Source: Promethearchaeota archaeon
GTDB lineage: Archaea > Asgardarchaeota > Lokiarchaeia > Sigyniarchaeales > SOKP01
Direction: 5' to 3'
Assembly: GCA_016839765.1 (NCBI GenBank)
Contig: JAEOTP010000026.1
Location: 1-27,808 of the forward strand
DNA: 27,808 nt
Below are positions 1-9,861 of the stretch, one piece after another (positions within the stretch are counted from its first letter, which is position 1; each line of letters opens with the position of its first letter). A program made the position numbers and the translations under genes. The notes under the pieces are model-generated. The model saw nothing but the letters and a program-made list of their open reading frames with translations. It made no database searches and was not told the DNA's origin.

Positions 1-985
1 CCATGATATTCATAACAGCTTTAGGAAGTTCTTTAGCAACATAATCTAATATCGGTTTAGAACAACATTCAATATGGTTTGGCATGACTAAATGTCTAAT
101 ACAAATTTCTCCACTACCCTCATCATGTACTCTCTTATGATTTCTGGCGATGACATCTAAGTAATTCTCAATACCAGAATATTTTTTTCCACATTTATTA
201 TTTCCATACTTCCAATCAGGCAACCAAAAATCTATGAAATCTATTATTAATGATAACGATTGTTCAGTCAAATAGAAATTAGAATTCCAAAGTTGACAAA
301 TGTTAATATTCTGATAAAGAAGACTCCCTAAAATGGTATGAATATTTGGTATGGGATCCCCTCCAACATAATTAATATTTAGAGCTCCTTTCTCTGCTAA
401 TTTTTCAGCCAAAATGGCTAGTTGTTTATCGTTAACCTTACGAGCAACTTCTTCAATCGCCCTACGGTTCTTCCACGCTTGGGAAATATCATAATTTTGA
501 CAAAAAACACACCCAAAATTACAACTTTGAAAAAAAATTGTGCCGCTAGGTACTAAAACACTTTCCTCGCCCATATGGAGGAAGGCACTTGATACATATG
601 AATCCTTAGTTAGTAAACAATAACCCTTATTCCCATCAATTCTATTAACTTTACATTTCCTTTCACAAAAAATACAGCTTTCAAGATATTTGTAGGCAAT
701 AGTTTCAGCTAATTTAAGATATGAATTTGGGATAATTTCTCTATTTTTTAGTTCAGGTACTTCTTTCATTAATAAATCTTTAAATTCTATTGATTTTTCT
801 TCCAATAATTTCTCTAGATCATCTAAAGAATCCTGAGGGTTGAATTCGCACTCTAAGCTTTTAGCAATTAAGTACCTTGCTATTTGAGTTCCATCCATTA
901 TACCTTTATATCTAGAAAATCTAGATATAATATTTTCGTCCTCCCACACGCTACTAGCATCAGGACGAAGTAGTCTAAATACCAT
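1..985 (-). CDS. Radical SAM protein, PflX/pyruvate-formate-lyase-activating-enzyme-like (3' end runs off window)
   Basis: Not in ORF track. Translated by hand from ATG at 985: MVFRLLRPDASSVWEDEN...CIFCERKCKVNR...SAFLHMGEESVLVPSGTIFFQSCNFGCVFCQNYDISQ (CxxxCxxC)...NINYVGGDP...FWLPDWKYGN...IRHLVMPNHIECCSKPIL. Confidence 0.9.
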   Translation of the reverse strand, partial: MVFRLLRPDASSVWEDENIISRFSRYKGIMDGTQIARYLIAKSLECEFNPQDSLDDLEKLLEEKSIEFKDLLMKEVPELKNREIIPNSYLKLAETIAYKYLESCIFCERKCKVNRIDGNKGYCLLTKDSYVSSAFLHMGEESVLVPSGTIFFQSCNFGCVFCQNYDISQAWKNRRAIEEVARKVNDKQLAILAEKLAEKGALNINYVGGDPIPNIHTILGSLLYQNINICQLWNSNFYLTEQSLSLIIDFIDFWLPDWKYGNNKCGKKYSGIENYLDVIARNHKRVHDEGSGEICIRHLVMPNHIECCSKPILDYVAKELPKAVMNIM

Positions 986-1014
986 GATTTAATAATAAAT
1001 AAATTAACTTTAAA

Positions 1015-1746
1015 CTATATTTCAAATGTTAACCAATTAATAATATTCTCAAGGAATAATTGATTGTCTCCAGCATCTAAACCAAAATCAGAATCCTCTA
1101 TTAAGAAATCTGAAGAGCCAATTGTAACAGATCTTCCATTATAAAATTCAGAAACGACACATATAGGAACAGGTCCGATTCCACTAATGTCATCATCGAT
1201 ATAATATTTGAATTCTGCTTTTTCGGATGTGACTATTATATCCTCAACATCCTCTTCTGTAATAGTAAAAAAAGTACAGTTAGGAAGCACTACCTCAGTA
1301 ACACCATTAGATATTGGATGAGTAAATACTTCATTTATTAAAAGATTATTTCTATTAACTATAAAATTTGAGGAAGCTTCTTGGATAACTCCGTGCCAAT
1401 ATCTTTTTACTCCGGTAATTCTATAGAGCACTCTGATTGATCCTTGTTTCATAGAAACATCTCTATCTCCCCCATCACCACTAGTTAAAAACAATCCCCC
1501 ACCCTCTCCAACAAACTTCTTTATTGCTAATAGTTCTTCTTTAGTAAATTTATCATCAGTTCCATTTTTAGTATGTTGTATATTTCCAATAAAGAGGATG
1601 TCGTAATCTTCAAGAGTATCAAAATCAATAGGTCCCTCATTTTTATCTATATAGTCAATATCAAGATCTTCTTCACCTAAAGAAATTTCTGGGAACTCTT
1701 CGATTTTTTCCTTATGGGATAAATCAATTAAAATACTGTAACTCAT
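1015..1746 (-). CDS. Stand-alone GIFT/DUF4350-type (class I glutamine amidotransferase-like fold) protein, acidic, no signal peptide
   Basis: Motifs ILIDLSHKE, YDILFI, KFTKEELLAIKKFVGEGGGLFL, HPISNGV, GRSVTIGSSDF, NQLFLENIINWL are typical of GIFT/GldG/IFT52-like domains. Confidence 0.7.
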   Translation of the reverse strand: MSYSILIDLSHKEKIEEFPEISLGEEDLDIDYIDKNEGPIDFDTLEDYDILFIGNIQHTKNGTDDKFTKEELLAIKKFVGEGGGLFLTSGDGGDRDVSMKQGSIRVLYRITGVKRYWHGVIQEASSNFIVNRNNLLINEVFTHPISNGVTEVVLPNCTFFTITEEDVEDIIVTSEKAEFKYYIDDDISGIGPVPICVVSEFYNGRSVTIGSSDFLIEDSDFGLDAGDNQLFLENIINWLTFEI

Positions 1747-1981
1747 TTTGATGATGCTCCATGTTAAAAATTTAATTGTTTTTTAATTGCTTTCAAAAGT
1801 AATTGAATGCTATTCCAGTTGATTCTTCTATCTTTATAATATGCAATTTATTTGAAATATAATGATATGTTATTCTTTTTAAATTTATTGAAATCCTAAG
1901 ATTTAAGCTTTATTATTACAAAATATTTAAATACAGAAAGAGCAAATAGATATGGAATGATTGATATAAAACAGTATTATA

Positions 1982-2671
1982 TTATTCTTTAATAGGAATA
2001 AATTCCCTTTCAGCTGGACCTTCCTTTTTCACAACTGCAATATCAATACCATTTCCACTAGCCATATCTCGTATGATAGATGAAGTAACTGCTTTAATCA
2101 CAATTTCTTTTCCCTGATTGACCGTTAATCCATCTTTATATTTAGCTTCTAAAACACCATAAGAAAAATTCTGACCACTACCAACTGCACAGAATTTTTC
2201 TGGCAAAATGGAACCATATGCTCCAATATTCAATAGAGTGGGGCCCTCTTCTTCAGTAACTCCGCCAAGGATAAGTCCTACTTCAAATGGGAATAATTTA
2301 TTTTGATACAAGATATTACTCAATAATCTCCCAGTAGAACTTACTTTAATCGATTTTTCATGTTTTAATTGATATAGGCTAGTTTCAGCTTTCAAAATAT
2401 CAACAAGGTATAACGCATCTGCAACACTACCTGCGATGGTCATGTAAAGAAAGTCCTGGATCTTATGTAGTTTCTCAGCTGTTTTACTTGCTACAAAATA
2501 TGCCATCGAAGCTCTTTTATCAGTACCAAGTATTACTGCTTCTTTGCAAATCAAACCAACTGTAGTAGTTCCAGTTTTGTATGTTGGAATATTTTCTTCC
2601 TCTAGGGATTTTATTTCAGCATCTTTCAAAAAAACAGAATTCGAAGGTTTCAATAAATCTTCTTTTTTCAT
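1982..2671 (-). CDS. psmB: 20S proteasome beta subunit
   Basis: 34-aa propeptide followed by G|TTTVG catalytic Thr; also DKRAS, AGSVADA, GSG and RDMASGNG motifs. Confidence 0.96.
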   Translation of the reverse strand: MKKEDLLKPSNSVFLKDAEIKSLEEENIPTYKTGTTTVGLICKEAVILGTDKRASMAYFVASKTAEKLHKIQDFLYMTIAGSVADALYLVDILKAETSLYQLKHEKSIKVSSTGRLLSNILYQNKLFPFEVGLILGGVTEEEGPTLLNIGAYGSILPEKFCAVGSGQNFSYGVLEAKYKDGLTVNQGKEIVIKAVTSSIIRDMASGNGIDIAVVKKEGPAEREFIPIKE

Positions 2672-2887
2672 AATTGTTTTAAAGCAGTATTATTTTAATA
2701 ATTTTTTTGTAATTTTCTATAAATTATAAGGATTCAAGATGGAAAAAAACTACAATTTCAAAATTACTTCAATTTTAGCTTCTGGAATAACTCTTAAAAT
2801 ATGATCACGCTTTTCTGAAGGTATTGCTAAATTTTTTATGTTATTCTGATTTCATTTTCTAAACTACAAAGATTATATACGTAAATT

Positions 2888-4060
2888 ATGTATGATGTAG
2901 TAATCTCAGGGGCTGGACCTGCTGGTTCGAAATGTGCTGAAATCATCGCTAAATCAGGGTATAAAGTTGCTTTGATAGAAAGGGATTCTAATTGGCGTAA
3001 ACCATGTGGAGGGGCCGTTAGTTCTAGAATATTCAAATACTATCCACAATTACGTAAATTGGACTATACTCCTATATTCGGAATGACAATATATTCTGCA
3101 GATTATCATCAATTAAAATATTCATGGAAAAATATCAGAGATTACTCAATCAATGTAGATCGCCTTTCATTTGATAATTTTATTAGAGATATTGCTGTAG
3201 ATACTGGAGCTGAATTGTTTGATAAAAATATCTCTTTTGATTATATAAGAAAAAATAACAAAAGAGTTGGAATAAAAACAAAAACTTCTTCCGGTACAGA
3301 GGAATATTATGGAAAAATAATTGTTATCGCTGATGGAATGAGTTCAAAATTAGCAATTAAATCTGGATTACGCGAAAAATGGAATGTCAATGAAATTGGT
3401 GTAGGTAAGTGTGCAATATTAGAAGGAGAAAATAATCTAGATAAAGAAATTATGTCGATGTTTTTTAAACCCTATAAAGGATATGCGTGGATATTTCCCT
3501 TGGATGGAAATAGATTCAATATTGGATATGGTACTTGGCAAGTAGAACGCTCAAATATTAATCAAATTTTTAATGAATTTCTAAAGGAACCTTTTTTAAA
3601 TGATTTCTTTCCACATAAAAATTACAAAAATCTCTGGGAAGGAACTTATCCTATACCTGCTTTAGGAGTAAAGGAAAAAAGTTTATACAATGATAATTTA
3701 ATGATTATTGGAGATGCTGCGGGTTTTGTATCTCCAATAAGCGGTGAAGGGATACATCCTAGCATAGTATCTGGAAATATTGCAGCTGAGACTGCTATTA
3801 AAGCTTTAGAGGTTGAAGATACCTCCAAAAACGCTTTGAAGAATTACAAATCTCATCCTGATATTAAAAAAATTATTAGAAATTTTAAAATGAAAATCCC
3901 AATGATTGATTTCTTTTTCGAACACGGAGGAAAAAATCTTTCAACCATGTTAAAATTAGCAGAAAACGATGAAAATTATAGAGAACAAGTTATTAATATG
4001 TTTCTATTTAACCAAATTCTCTCAAAAGATTTCCTGTTAAAGTTAAAAACATATAAATGA
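2888..4060 (+). CDS. Geranylgeranyl reductase family FAD-dependent oxidoreductase
   Basis: GAGPAG, KPCGG, DR..FD, IADG, GYAWIFP, GDAAGFVSPISGEGI. Confidence 0.9.
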   Translation: MYDVVISGAGPAGSKCAEIIAKSGYKVALIERDSNWRKPCGGAVSSRIFKYYPQLRKLDYTPIFGMTIYSADYHQLKYSWKNIRDYSINVDRLSFDNFIRDIAVDTGAELFDKNISFDYIRKNNKRVGIKTKTSSGTEEYYGKIIVIADGMSSKLAIKSGLREKWNVNEIGVGKCAILEGENNLDKEIMSMFFKPYKGYAWIFPLDGNRFNIGYGTWQVERSNINQIFNEFLKEPFLNDFFPHKNYKNLWEGTYPIPALGVKEKSLYNDNLMIIGDAAGFVSPISGEGIHPSIVSGNIAAETAIKALEVEDTSKNALKNYKSHPDIKKIIRNFKMKIPMIDFFFEHGGKNLSTMLKLAENDENYREQVINMFLFNQILSKDFLLKLKTYK

Positions 4061-4695
4061 AGAGATGTCAAAGAATGGAAAATTTGAAATTTTATTTTAA
4101 TAAATTATTAAAAACACAGATTGGCCCTATCTGTGGATTGTTATCAGTTATAATTGGATTAAGTAGTGATTTAATAGCCCTTTCATTTTATTCAGGATTT
4201 AATTTTGATGTTAACATGATAAGCATTTTGGGAGGAGAATATTCTCCAGGTGCCTTGCTTTTCAATTTAGGGTTAGTTCTTTCTGGAATCCTTGCTTTCC
4301 CTTTATTTCTTCATATAAATAGAATTCTCAAGGAGGAAAAAATATCTCCAAAATTACGAGAAGCTACATTAATCATAGCATTAATTTCATGTATAATTTT
4401 TACTTTAGTAGGTGCATTTCCGTCTTTACAGGATAATGAATTATTCAGTTTTTTGCACGGACTTTTCTTTCTAATTAGTATGATCGGAGGTATAATCTAT
4501 TTACTATTCTATAGTGTACTATTTTTGAGGAGCACTAGTATTAATAGATTCCTCTCCTATTTAGGCTTTGTTGTCATTTTAATATTTGCGATCTTTTTAT
4601 TTACATGGAACCCCATTATTGAATGGTTGATGACTTTTGCGATTATTACGTGGATGATGAGCATATCAATTTATTTGCTATATAAGAGGCTGTAA
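4057..4695 (+). CDS. DUF998/Frag1-DRAM-like membrane protein
   Basis: About 6 hydrophobic segments; ISILG...FNLGL, LVGAFP, LH and EW pattern; ATGA overlap with the upstream stop (alternative ATG at 4075). Confidence 0.7.
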   Translation: MKRCQRMENLKFYFNKLLKTQIGPICGLLSVIIGLSSDLIALSFYSGFNFDVNMISILGGEYSPGALLFNLGLVLSGILAFPLFLHINRILKEEKISPKLREATLIIALISCIIFTLVGAFPSLQDNELFSFLHGLFFLISMIGGIIYLLFYSVLFLRSTSINRFLSYLGFVVILIFAIFLFTWNPIIEWLMTFAIITWMMSISIYLLYKRL

Positions 4696-4849
4696 TTAAC
4701 TTTTTGATATAATTATAAATTCATAAAAGATGAACTTCTCATCTTATATGCTGAAGAAATAATTTTAATTATTTTTTCTATTAATCTTAAATTTGAATTT
4801 AAAATTAATTATAAAATGGTTTTAAAACAATATTTAATACATTAATTTA

Positions 4850-5791
4850 ATGGCTGAATTAATAGGGTACATATTAACCCTAGACGCTCTGTTTACATGG
4901 GCAGGAGCTTCCCTTGTTTATAAGTGGGGTCTCGGGAAAACCCAACCAAAAGCTAATTTGTTCTTTAGACTTTGTTGTGTTAGTTTTAGTACTTTTTTAA
5001 TCTCATTAATTTTTGGGAATTATTTATTTCTTAATGATATGAATAATGCAGAATTATCACTCTTTCTGATTATATGTCTTATATCAGGTTTAAGTGTAAC
5101 AATTGGAGATTTATTTTATTATATGTCATTAAAGAGGATTGATGCTTCTCGCGCTTATCCACTTACTCAATTATCATTGATATTTGTATATCCATTTTCT
5201 TTTTTTCTTTTTGGTGACAAAGTAACGCCTTCAATATTAATCGGAGGTTTATTAATTTTATCGAGTGTATTTATATTAAGTTCAAAAGATAAATCTGACA
5301 AAAAAAAATTAAAAAGAAGTTTAAAAGAAAGAATTTCAGAAGACTTAATTTTAGGTGTATTATTAGCTATAGGTACAGCTCTTTTTTGGGCGATTGCTTA
5401 CGTTTCATTTAACCAAGCTAGAATTCTAACAGGAGATGTCTTTGTATCTAATTTCTTTCGAGTAAGTTTTGGTATGATAGCTATAGCAATATTAGGAGTT
5501 TTTCAAAAAGAATATTATAATGGATTTAAAAAGGAAAGTAGAAATAATTTAAAATACTTTATATTCATTGGAATAGCCGGAATGTTATCTTTAGGCTTAG
5601 CAGATGCTATATTTATTTTAGCTGCGGGATTACTAGCTGATGGATTTTTATTAACTTCTACAATTACTGCAAATACTCCTATGGTTCAGCAATTACTCTC
5701 GATTTTACTTTTAAAAGAAAAATTTCGAAAAAGGTTTTTACTTGCAGTTGTATTAATAATTACAGGGAATTATATTATATTATTCCTATAA
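4850..5791 (+). CDS. DMT/EamA family transporter
   Basis: About 10 TM segments in two repeats; YMSLKRIDASRAYPL, LFGDK, LLKEK. Confidence 0.85.
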   Translation: MAELIGYILTLDALFTWAGASLVYKWGLGKTQPKANLFFRLCCVSFSTFLISLIFGNYLFLNDMNNAELSLFLIICLISGLSVTIGDLFYYMSLKRIDASRAYPLTQLSLIFVYPFSFFLFGDKVTPSILIGGLLILSSVFILSSKDKSDKKKLKRSLKERISEDLILGVLLAIGTALFWAIAYVSFNQARILTGDVFVSNFFRVSFGMIAIAILGVFQKEYYNGFKKESRNNLKYFIFIGIAGMLSLGLADAIFILAAGLLADGFLLTSTITANTPMVQQLLSILLLKEKFRKRFLLAVVLIITGNYIILFL

Positions 5792-5808
5792 ATTTTCAAT
5801 TAGATGCT

Positions 5809-6837
5809 ATGATAAAAATAGAAATTATATTGTTAGCAAATAATGTTGTTTTTCCTTGGCAAAATCTCCAAAATTCCGAAAGTTTAAATTATCTCGAACT
5901 AAATAAATTATTCGCAACACAATCAATAGCAGAGCATGGTTTAGGATTTCTTATTAACATCTGGGAAGTTAAGGGAAAGGAAGATTCTTCTAATTACAAG
6001 TTATTAAAAAAGATAATTTTTGATACAGGTAGCACTAATCTAAGTTTTTTGCATAATTTGGATGTAAGAGGCTATCCTCTTTATGATGTTGATACAATAG
6101 TTCTATCTCATTGGCATTATGATCACACAGGTGGTTTATATAAGGTTTTAGAAAGAATAGAGAATCAAGTTGATATTATTAGCCATGATTATGCAAATTT
6201 TGAAAGAATTTTCAATCGTACAAAAGAAATTCAAAACCAAGATTTAATAGGTAAGAAAAGAAAAGATATCATTCCATTATTACAATCTTCAAAAATTGTA
6301 AATCAAGAACCAATTAATTTAGAAAAAATAGATTATTTAAATGGAAATTTAATTTTTTCAAAAGAACAAATAGAAATTTTTAAGAAGGATGATTTAAGAA
6401 TTGTAATTAGTGGTGAAATTCCTAGGAAAAACAAGGAAGAAGATTTTAATAATTTCTTATTTATTCATAATGGTTTAATTAGTTTGGATAAAATTTGGGA
6501 CGATAAATGTATAATTATCGAAAATTCAGATAAAATTATAATATTAAACGGATGTTGTCATTCTGGAATAATAAATACTCTTAATTATGTAAAAACCTTA
6601 ACTAATAAACCTATTAGTCATATAATCGGAGGCTTTCATATGGTTAGCGCAATAAATGATAGAATTAAAAAAACGATAGAATTTTTTAATAAACTCCAAA
6701 TTGAGAAAATAGATCTGTTTCCAATTCATTGTTCTGGTCAAAGTTTTATAGATGCTATAGAAAAGGCAAAAATTCCTGGGATTCGAGCCTTTAATATTAG
6801 TGTTGGTACAATATTTAATTTCTTTACTAATATTTAA
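5809..6837 (+). CDS. MBL-fold metallohydrolase (COG1237-type, dihydropteroate-synthase-like family in archaea)
   Basis: AEHGL, FDTG, SHWHYDHTGGL, GCCHSG, GGFHM, PIHCSG. Confidence 0.85.
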   Translation: MIKIEIILLANNVVFPWQNLQNSESLNYLELNKLFATQSIAEHGLGFLINIWEVKGKEDSSNYKLLKKIIFDTGSTNLSFLHNLDVRGYPLYDVDTIVLSHWHYDHTGGLYKVLERIENQVDIISHDYANFERIFNRTKEIQNQDLIGKKRKDIIPLLQSSKIVNQEPINLEKIDYLNGNLIFSKEQIEIFKKDDLRIVISGEIPRKNKEEDFNNFLFIHNGLISLDKIWDDKCIIIENSDKIIILNGCCHSGIINTLNYVKTLTNKPISHIIGGFHMVSAINDRIKKTIEFFNKLQIEKIDLFPIHCSGQSFIDAIEKAKIPGIRAFNISVGTIFNFFTNI

Positions 6838-6950
6838 ACATATTAATAGTAGTAATAATTAAAACTACTTCAATTTTAGATGGTAGCTAAAAATTTAATA
6901 AGCATTTAATGAAATTATATTATAGTACGATAAAAAGTTGAATTTCTTAT

Positions 6951-7619
6951 ATGATGGAAATAGAAAATTTACTCGATAAACAAAAAAGAATAGCAGATGA
7001 GATTAGTTTAGCAATTTTAATTATTGGTGTATTATGCTTTGGTATGTTTTTACATTTAACATTTATAATGTCAATCATGATTTATCCTATGTTTTCTTTA
7101 ATAATTTATGGAATTTTAAAAATTCGTAAAGGATTCAATAAAAAACTTAATGAGACGGCCCTAAAAATATTAAATGTATTATTTGGCATTGTATGTATTT
7201 TATTTGGATTGCTTTTAATAATTTTTATATTTTCCTATCCAAATATAGGTTTAAATCAAATAATATACCTTTTAGCTTTTCCAGTATTAATAGTTGGCAT
7301 AGTAGGAATAGTAAAGGGTATCATCATAAAAGAATATCCATATAAATACCGAGCAATGAATATTTATGTAGGGATAATAACAGTGATAATAACTTCAATT
7401 CATTTTATTTTAGCAGAGTATTTTTTTATTTTTCATATCTCTTCTTTAACAATAACCATCCTTATTAATATAATCTCAAGAGCTGCAATGTATTTAAGTC
7501 AATACAAATTATCATTAAAATTGACAAATTTAAGATATTTCTTCTATATTATAAATGATTACCCTGAATTTGAAATATTTCGAAGGATAATGTTAAGAAG
7601 ATTGGCTAACAAAAAATAA
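6951..7619 (+). CDS. Membrane protein, HdeD/DUF308-like
   Basis: About 6 TM helices with repeated GI..I..G patterns. Confidence 0.55.
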   Translation: MMEIENLLDKQKRIADEISLAILIIGVLCFGMFLHLTFIMSIMIYPMFSLIIYGILKIRKGFNKKLNETALKILNVLFGIVCILFGLLLIIFIFSYPNIGLNQIIYLLAFPVLIVGIVGIVKGIIIKEYPYKYRAMNIYVGIITVIITSIHFILAEYFFIFHISSLTITILINIISRAAMYLSQYKLSLKLTNLRYFFYIINDYPEFEIFRRIMLRRLANKK

Positions 7620-7777
7620 ATTAGCTTTATTTCTAATTCTTTCTATATCTTTATCGAATTTTAAATAGAAATTATTTAAAATTATACTTTAGAAATAATA
7701 AAAATTATATCAAGAGCCAGCTTTAATTTTAACTATTAGACTAAAAAATTTTAACTATACCAAAAAATGAGGCGATT

Positions 7778-8902
7778 ATGCCCGAAATTCATTTTAATAA
7801 GGAAAAAGGTTCAGAGTTGAAATTATTTACCCCAGGTCCAGTTCACGTCCCAGAAAGAGTGTTAAATGAAATCGCAAAACCAAATGACACACATAGATCA
7901 CAACCTTATTCAGAAATGCATCAAATGGCAACTGAAGGCCTTCAAAAGTTATTATATACTAAAAATGAGTGTTTAATCTTTACTTCAAGTGCTACGGGTA
8001 TTATGGAAGCATGTGTTAGAAATTTAGTGAAAAGTGATGAAAAGGTAGTATTCTTGTCGATTGGAGCTTTTGGTGATAGATGGTATGATATTGGAGTATT
8101 AAATGGTAAAAATGCTGTGAAAGAAGGTGTGGAATGGGGGGGCGCAATTACTCCTGAATTTGCCCAAGGAATTATGGAGAAGGACAAATATTCAGTCGTT
8201 TGTATACAATCTAATGAAACATCTACGGGAGTGTACAATATTATAGATCAAGTAGTTCCTATCCTTAAAGATTATGGTGCACTAGTATGTGTTGATGCCA
8301 CCTCTTCAATGGCAGGCGTTAAATTGGAAGTCGATAAATTAGGTATTGATGTATGTTTAGCTTCAGTCCAAAAATGTTTTGCATTGCCACCTGGACTTGC
8401 TGTTTGTTCAATTTCACAGGATGCAATAGAAAGAACCTCTCAAGTTAAAAATAGAGGTTTTTATTTTGACTTTAATATTCTATTAAAAAGAAATAAGCTT
8501 CATCAAACACCAACAACTCCTCCAATTCCCCAAATTCGAGGGTTAGTAGCTCAATTAGATTATATACTAAATAATGAAGGTTTAGAAAAACGTTTTGAAA
8601 GGCATACACGTTTAGGAAAACGTACAAGAATGTGGGTTCGAGATATGAACTTGGAAATGTTTCCTATTAAAGAACAGTTCTGCTCAAATACGGTATCAAC
8701 AATGAAAAATTCTTTAAATATAGATTTTGGTAAAATGGTATCAATGTTATTAGAAAAAGGTTATCGAATTGTGAATGGTTATGGTTCATTGAAAGGGAAA
8801 ACTTTTAGAATTGGACACATGGGTGAAATTACTGTAAAAGAACTTGAAGAAATGCTTAAAATTTTAACTGATATTATTGCTGAATTAAGATTAAATAAAT
8901 GA
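7778..8902 (+). CDS. Class V PLP aminotransferase (serine-pyruvate/alanine-glyoxylate type; likely phosphoserine aminotransferase role)
   Basis: FTPGP, HRS, NETSTG, DATSS, SVQKCFALPPG (PLP Lys), TPTTP, FRIGHMG; directly upstream of serA-like gene. Confidence 0.88.
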   Translation: MPEIHFNKEKGSELKLFTPGPVHVPERVLNEIAKPNDTHRSQPYSEMHQMATEGLQKLLYTKNECLIFTSSATGIMEACVRNLVKSDEKVVFLSIGAFGDRWYDIGVLNGKNAVKEGVEWGGAITPEFAQGIMEKDKYSVVCIQSNETSTGVYNIIDQVVPILKDYGALVCVDATSSMAGVKLEVDKLGIDVCLASVQKCFALPPGLAVCSISQDAIERTSQVKNRGFYFDFNILLKRNKLHQTPTTPPIPQIRGLVAQLDYILNNEGLEKRFERHTRLGKRTRMWVRDMNLEMFPIKEQFCSNTVSTMKNSLNIDFGKMVSMLLEKGYRIVNGYGSLKGKTFRIGHMGEITVKELEEMLKILTDIIAELRLNK

Positions 8903-8906
8903 AGTT

Positions 8907-9851
8907 ATGATAATGATGAAAGTTTTAATAAGTGATGAATTTCAAGAAGAAGGTGTTGAAATTTTCAAAAAGAATGGATTTGAGGTCTCTAAGCAATTCA
9001 CAATAACTAAAGAAGATCTAAAGAAAGAAATTAGTAATTACGACGCTATTGTTGTTCGCTCAAGAACAAAATTAACTGCTGATATATTAGAAAACGCAAA
9101 AGACTTAAAGGTTATTGGCAGAGCGGGAGCTGGACTAGACAATATTGATTTGAAAAAAGCTGCCGAATTAAATATAAAGGTTTTAAATACTCCTGAAGCA
9201 CCTTCAGTATCAGTTGCGGAATTATCTCTTGGATTAATGTTAACTCTAGCAAGAAAGATCTCTGATGCTGATCATACTACTCACCAAGGAAAATGGAACA
9301 AAACCCAATATTTAGGATTTACATTAAAAGGAAAAAAGCTTGGATTAATAGGATTTGGCAATATTGCTAAAGAATTGGCGAGAGATGCTATAGCTTTGGG
9401 AATGAAAGTAGGCGTTTATTCTAGATTTAGTAAAGGGCAAGTAGCTATTGACGAAGCTAAAAGTATTGGGTGTTCAATATATCCTTCAGTTGAAGATTTA
9501 TTAAAAGATGCCCAGATAATATCGTTACATCTTCCTAGTACATCCCATACCGAAAATATAATTAATGAAGAAAGAATGCAACTTATGAGAAAGGATGCGA
9601 TAATCATTAATACTGCTAGAGGTAGTTTAATTGACGAAAAGGCCTTAGTTAAAGCTCTAAAAAATAAGGATATTGCTGGTGCAGCACTAGATGTTTATCG
9701 TGAGGAACCATTAAAAAATCCCGAATTAATTAATTACAAGGGTAATTTGATACTCACACCTCATATAGCAAGTCAAACCAAAGAAAATCAAGTGGATGCA
9801 GCCACTATGATTGCAGACAAAATATCAGATTTTCTAAAAAAATATAAATAA
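8907..9851 (+). CDS. serA: D-3-phosphoglycerate dehydrogenase-like D-2-hydroxyacid dehydrogenase (short form, no ACT domain)
   Basis: VVRSRTK, GRAGAGLDNID, SVAE, GFGNIA, INTARG, ALDVY..EP, TPHIA; start may be any of the ATGs at 8907, 8913 or 8916. Confidence 0.82.
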   Translation: MIMMKVLISDEFQEEGVEIFKKNGFEVSKQFTITKEDLKKEISNYDAIVVRSRTKLTADILENAKDLKVIGRAGAGLDNIDLKKAAELNIKVLNTPEAPSVSVAELSLGLMLTLARKISDADHTTHQGKWNKTQYLGFTLKGKKLGLIGFGNIAKELARDAIALGMKVGVYSRFSKGQVAIDEAKSIGCSIYPSVEDLLKDAQIISLHLPSTSHTENIINEERMQLMRKDAIIINTARGSLIDEKALVKALKNKDIAGAALDVYREEPLKNPELINYKGNLILTPHIASQTKENQVDAATMIADKISDFLKKYK

Positions 9852-9861
9852 TTAATTTTTT

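Noticed and set aside
2750-2851. Minus-strand open stretch NLAIPSEKRDHILRVIPEAKIEVILKL, vaguely AbrB/SpoVT-like
   Set aside because: Only about 33 codons, bounded upstream by an in-frame TGA with no usable standard start; at best a remnant
4722-4750. Imperfect inverted repeat CATAAAAGATGA-N5-TCATCTTATATG
   Set aside because: Could be a terminator or operator, but it is single, AT-rich and has no supporting context
8895-8935. TGA read-through or selenocysteine fusion of the aminotransferase and serA
   Set aside because: The genes are in different frames, both proteins are complete, and I saw no SECIS-like element or Cys-aligned TGA
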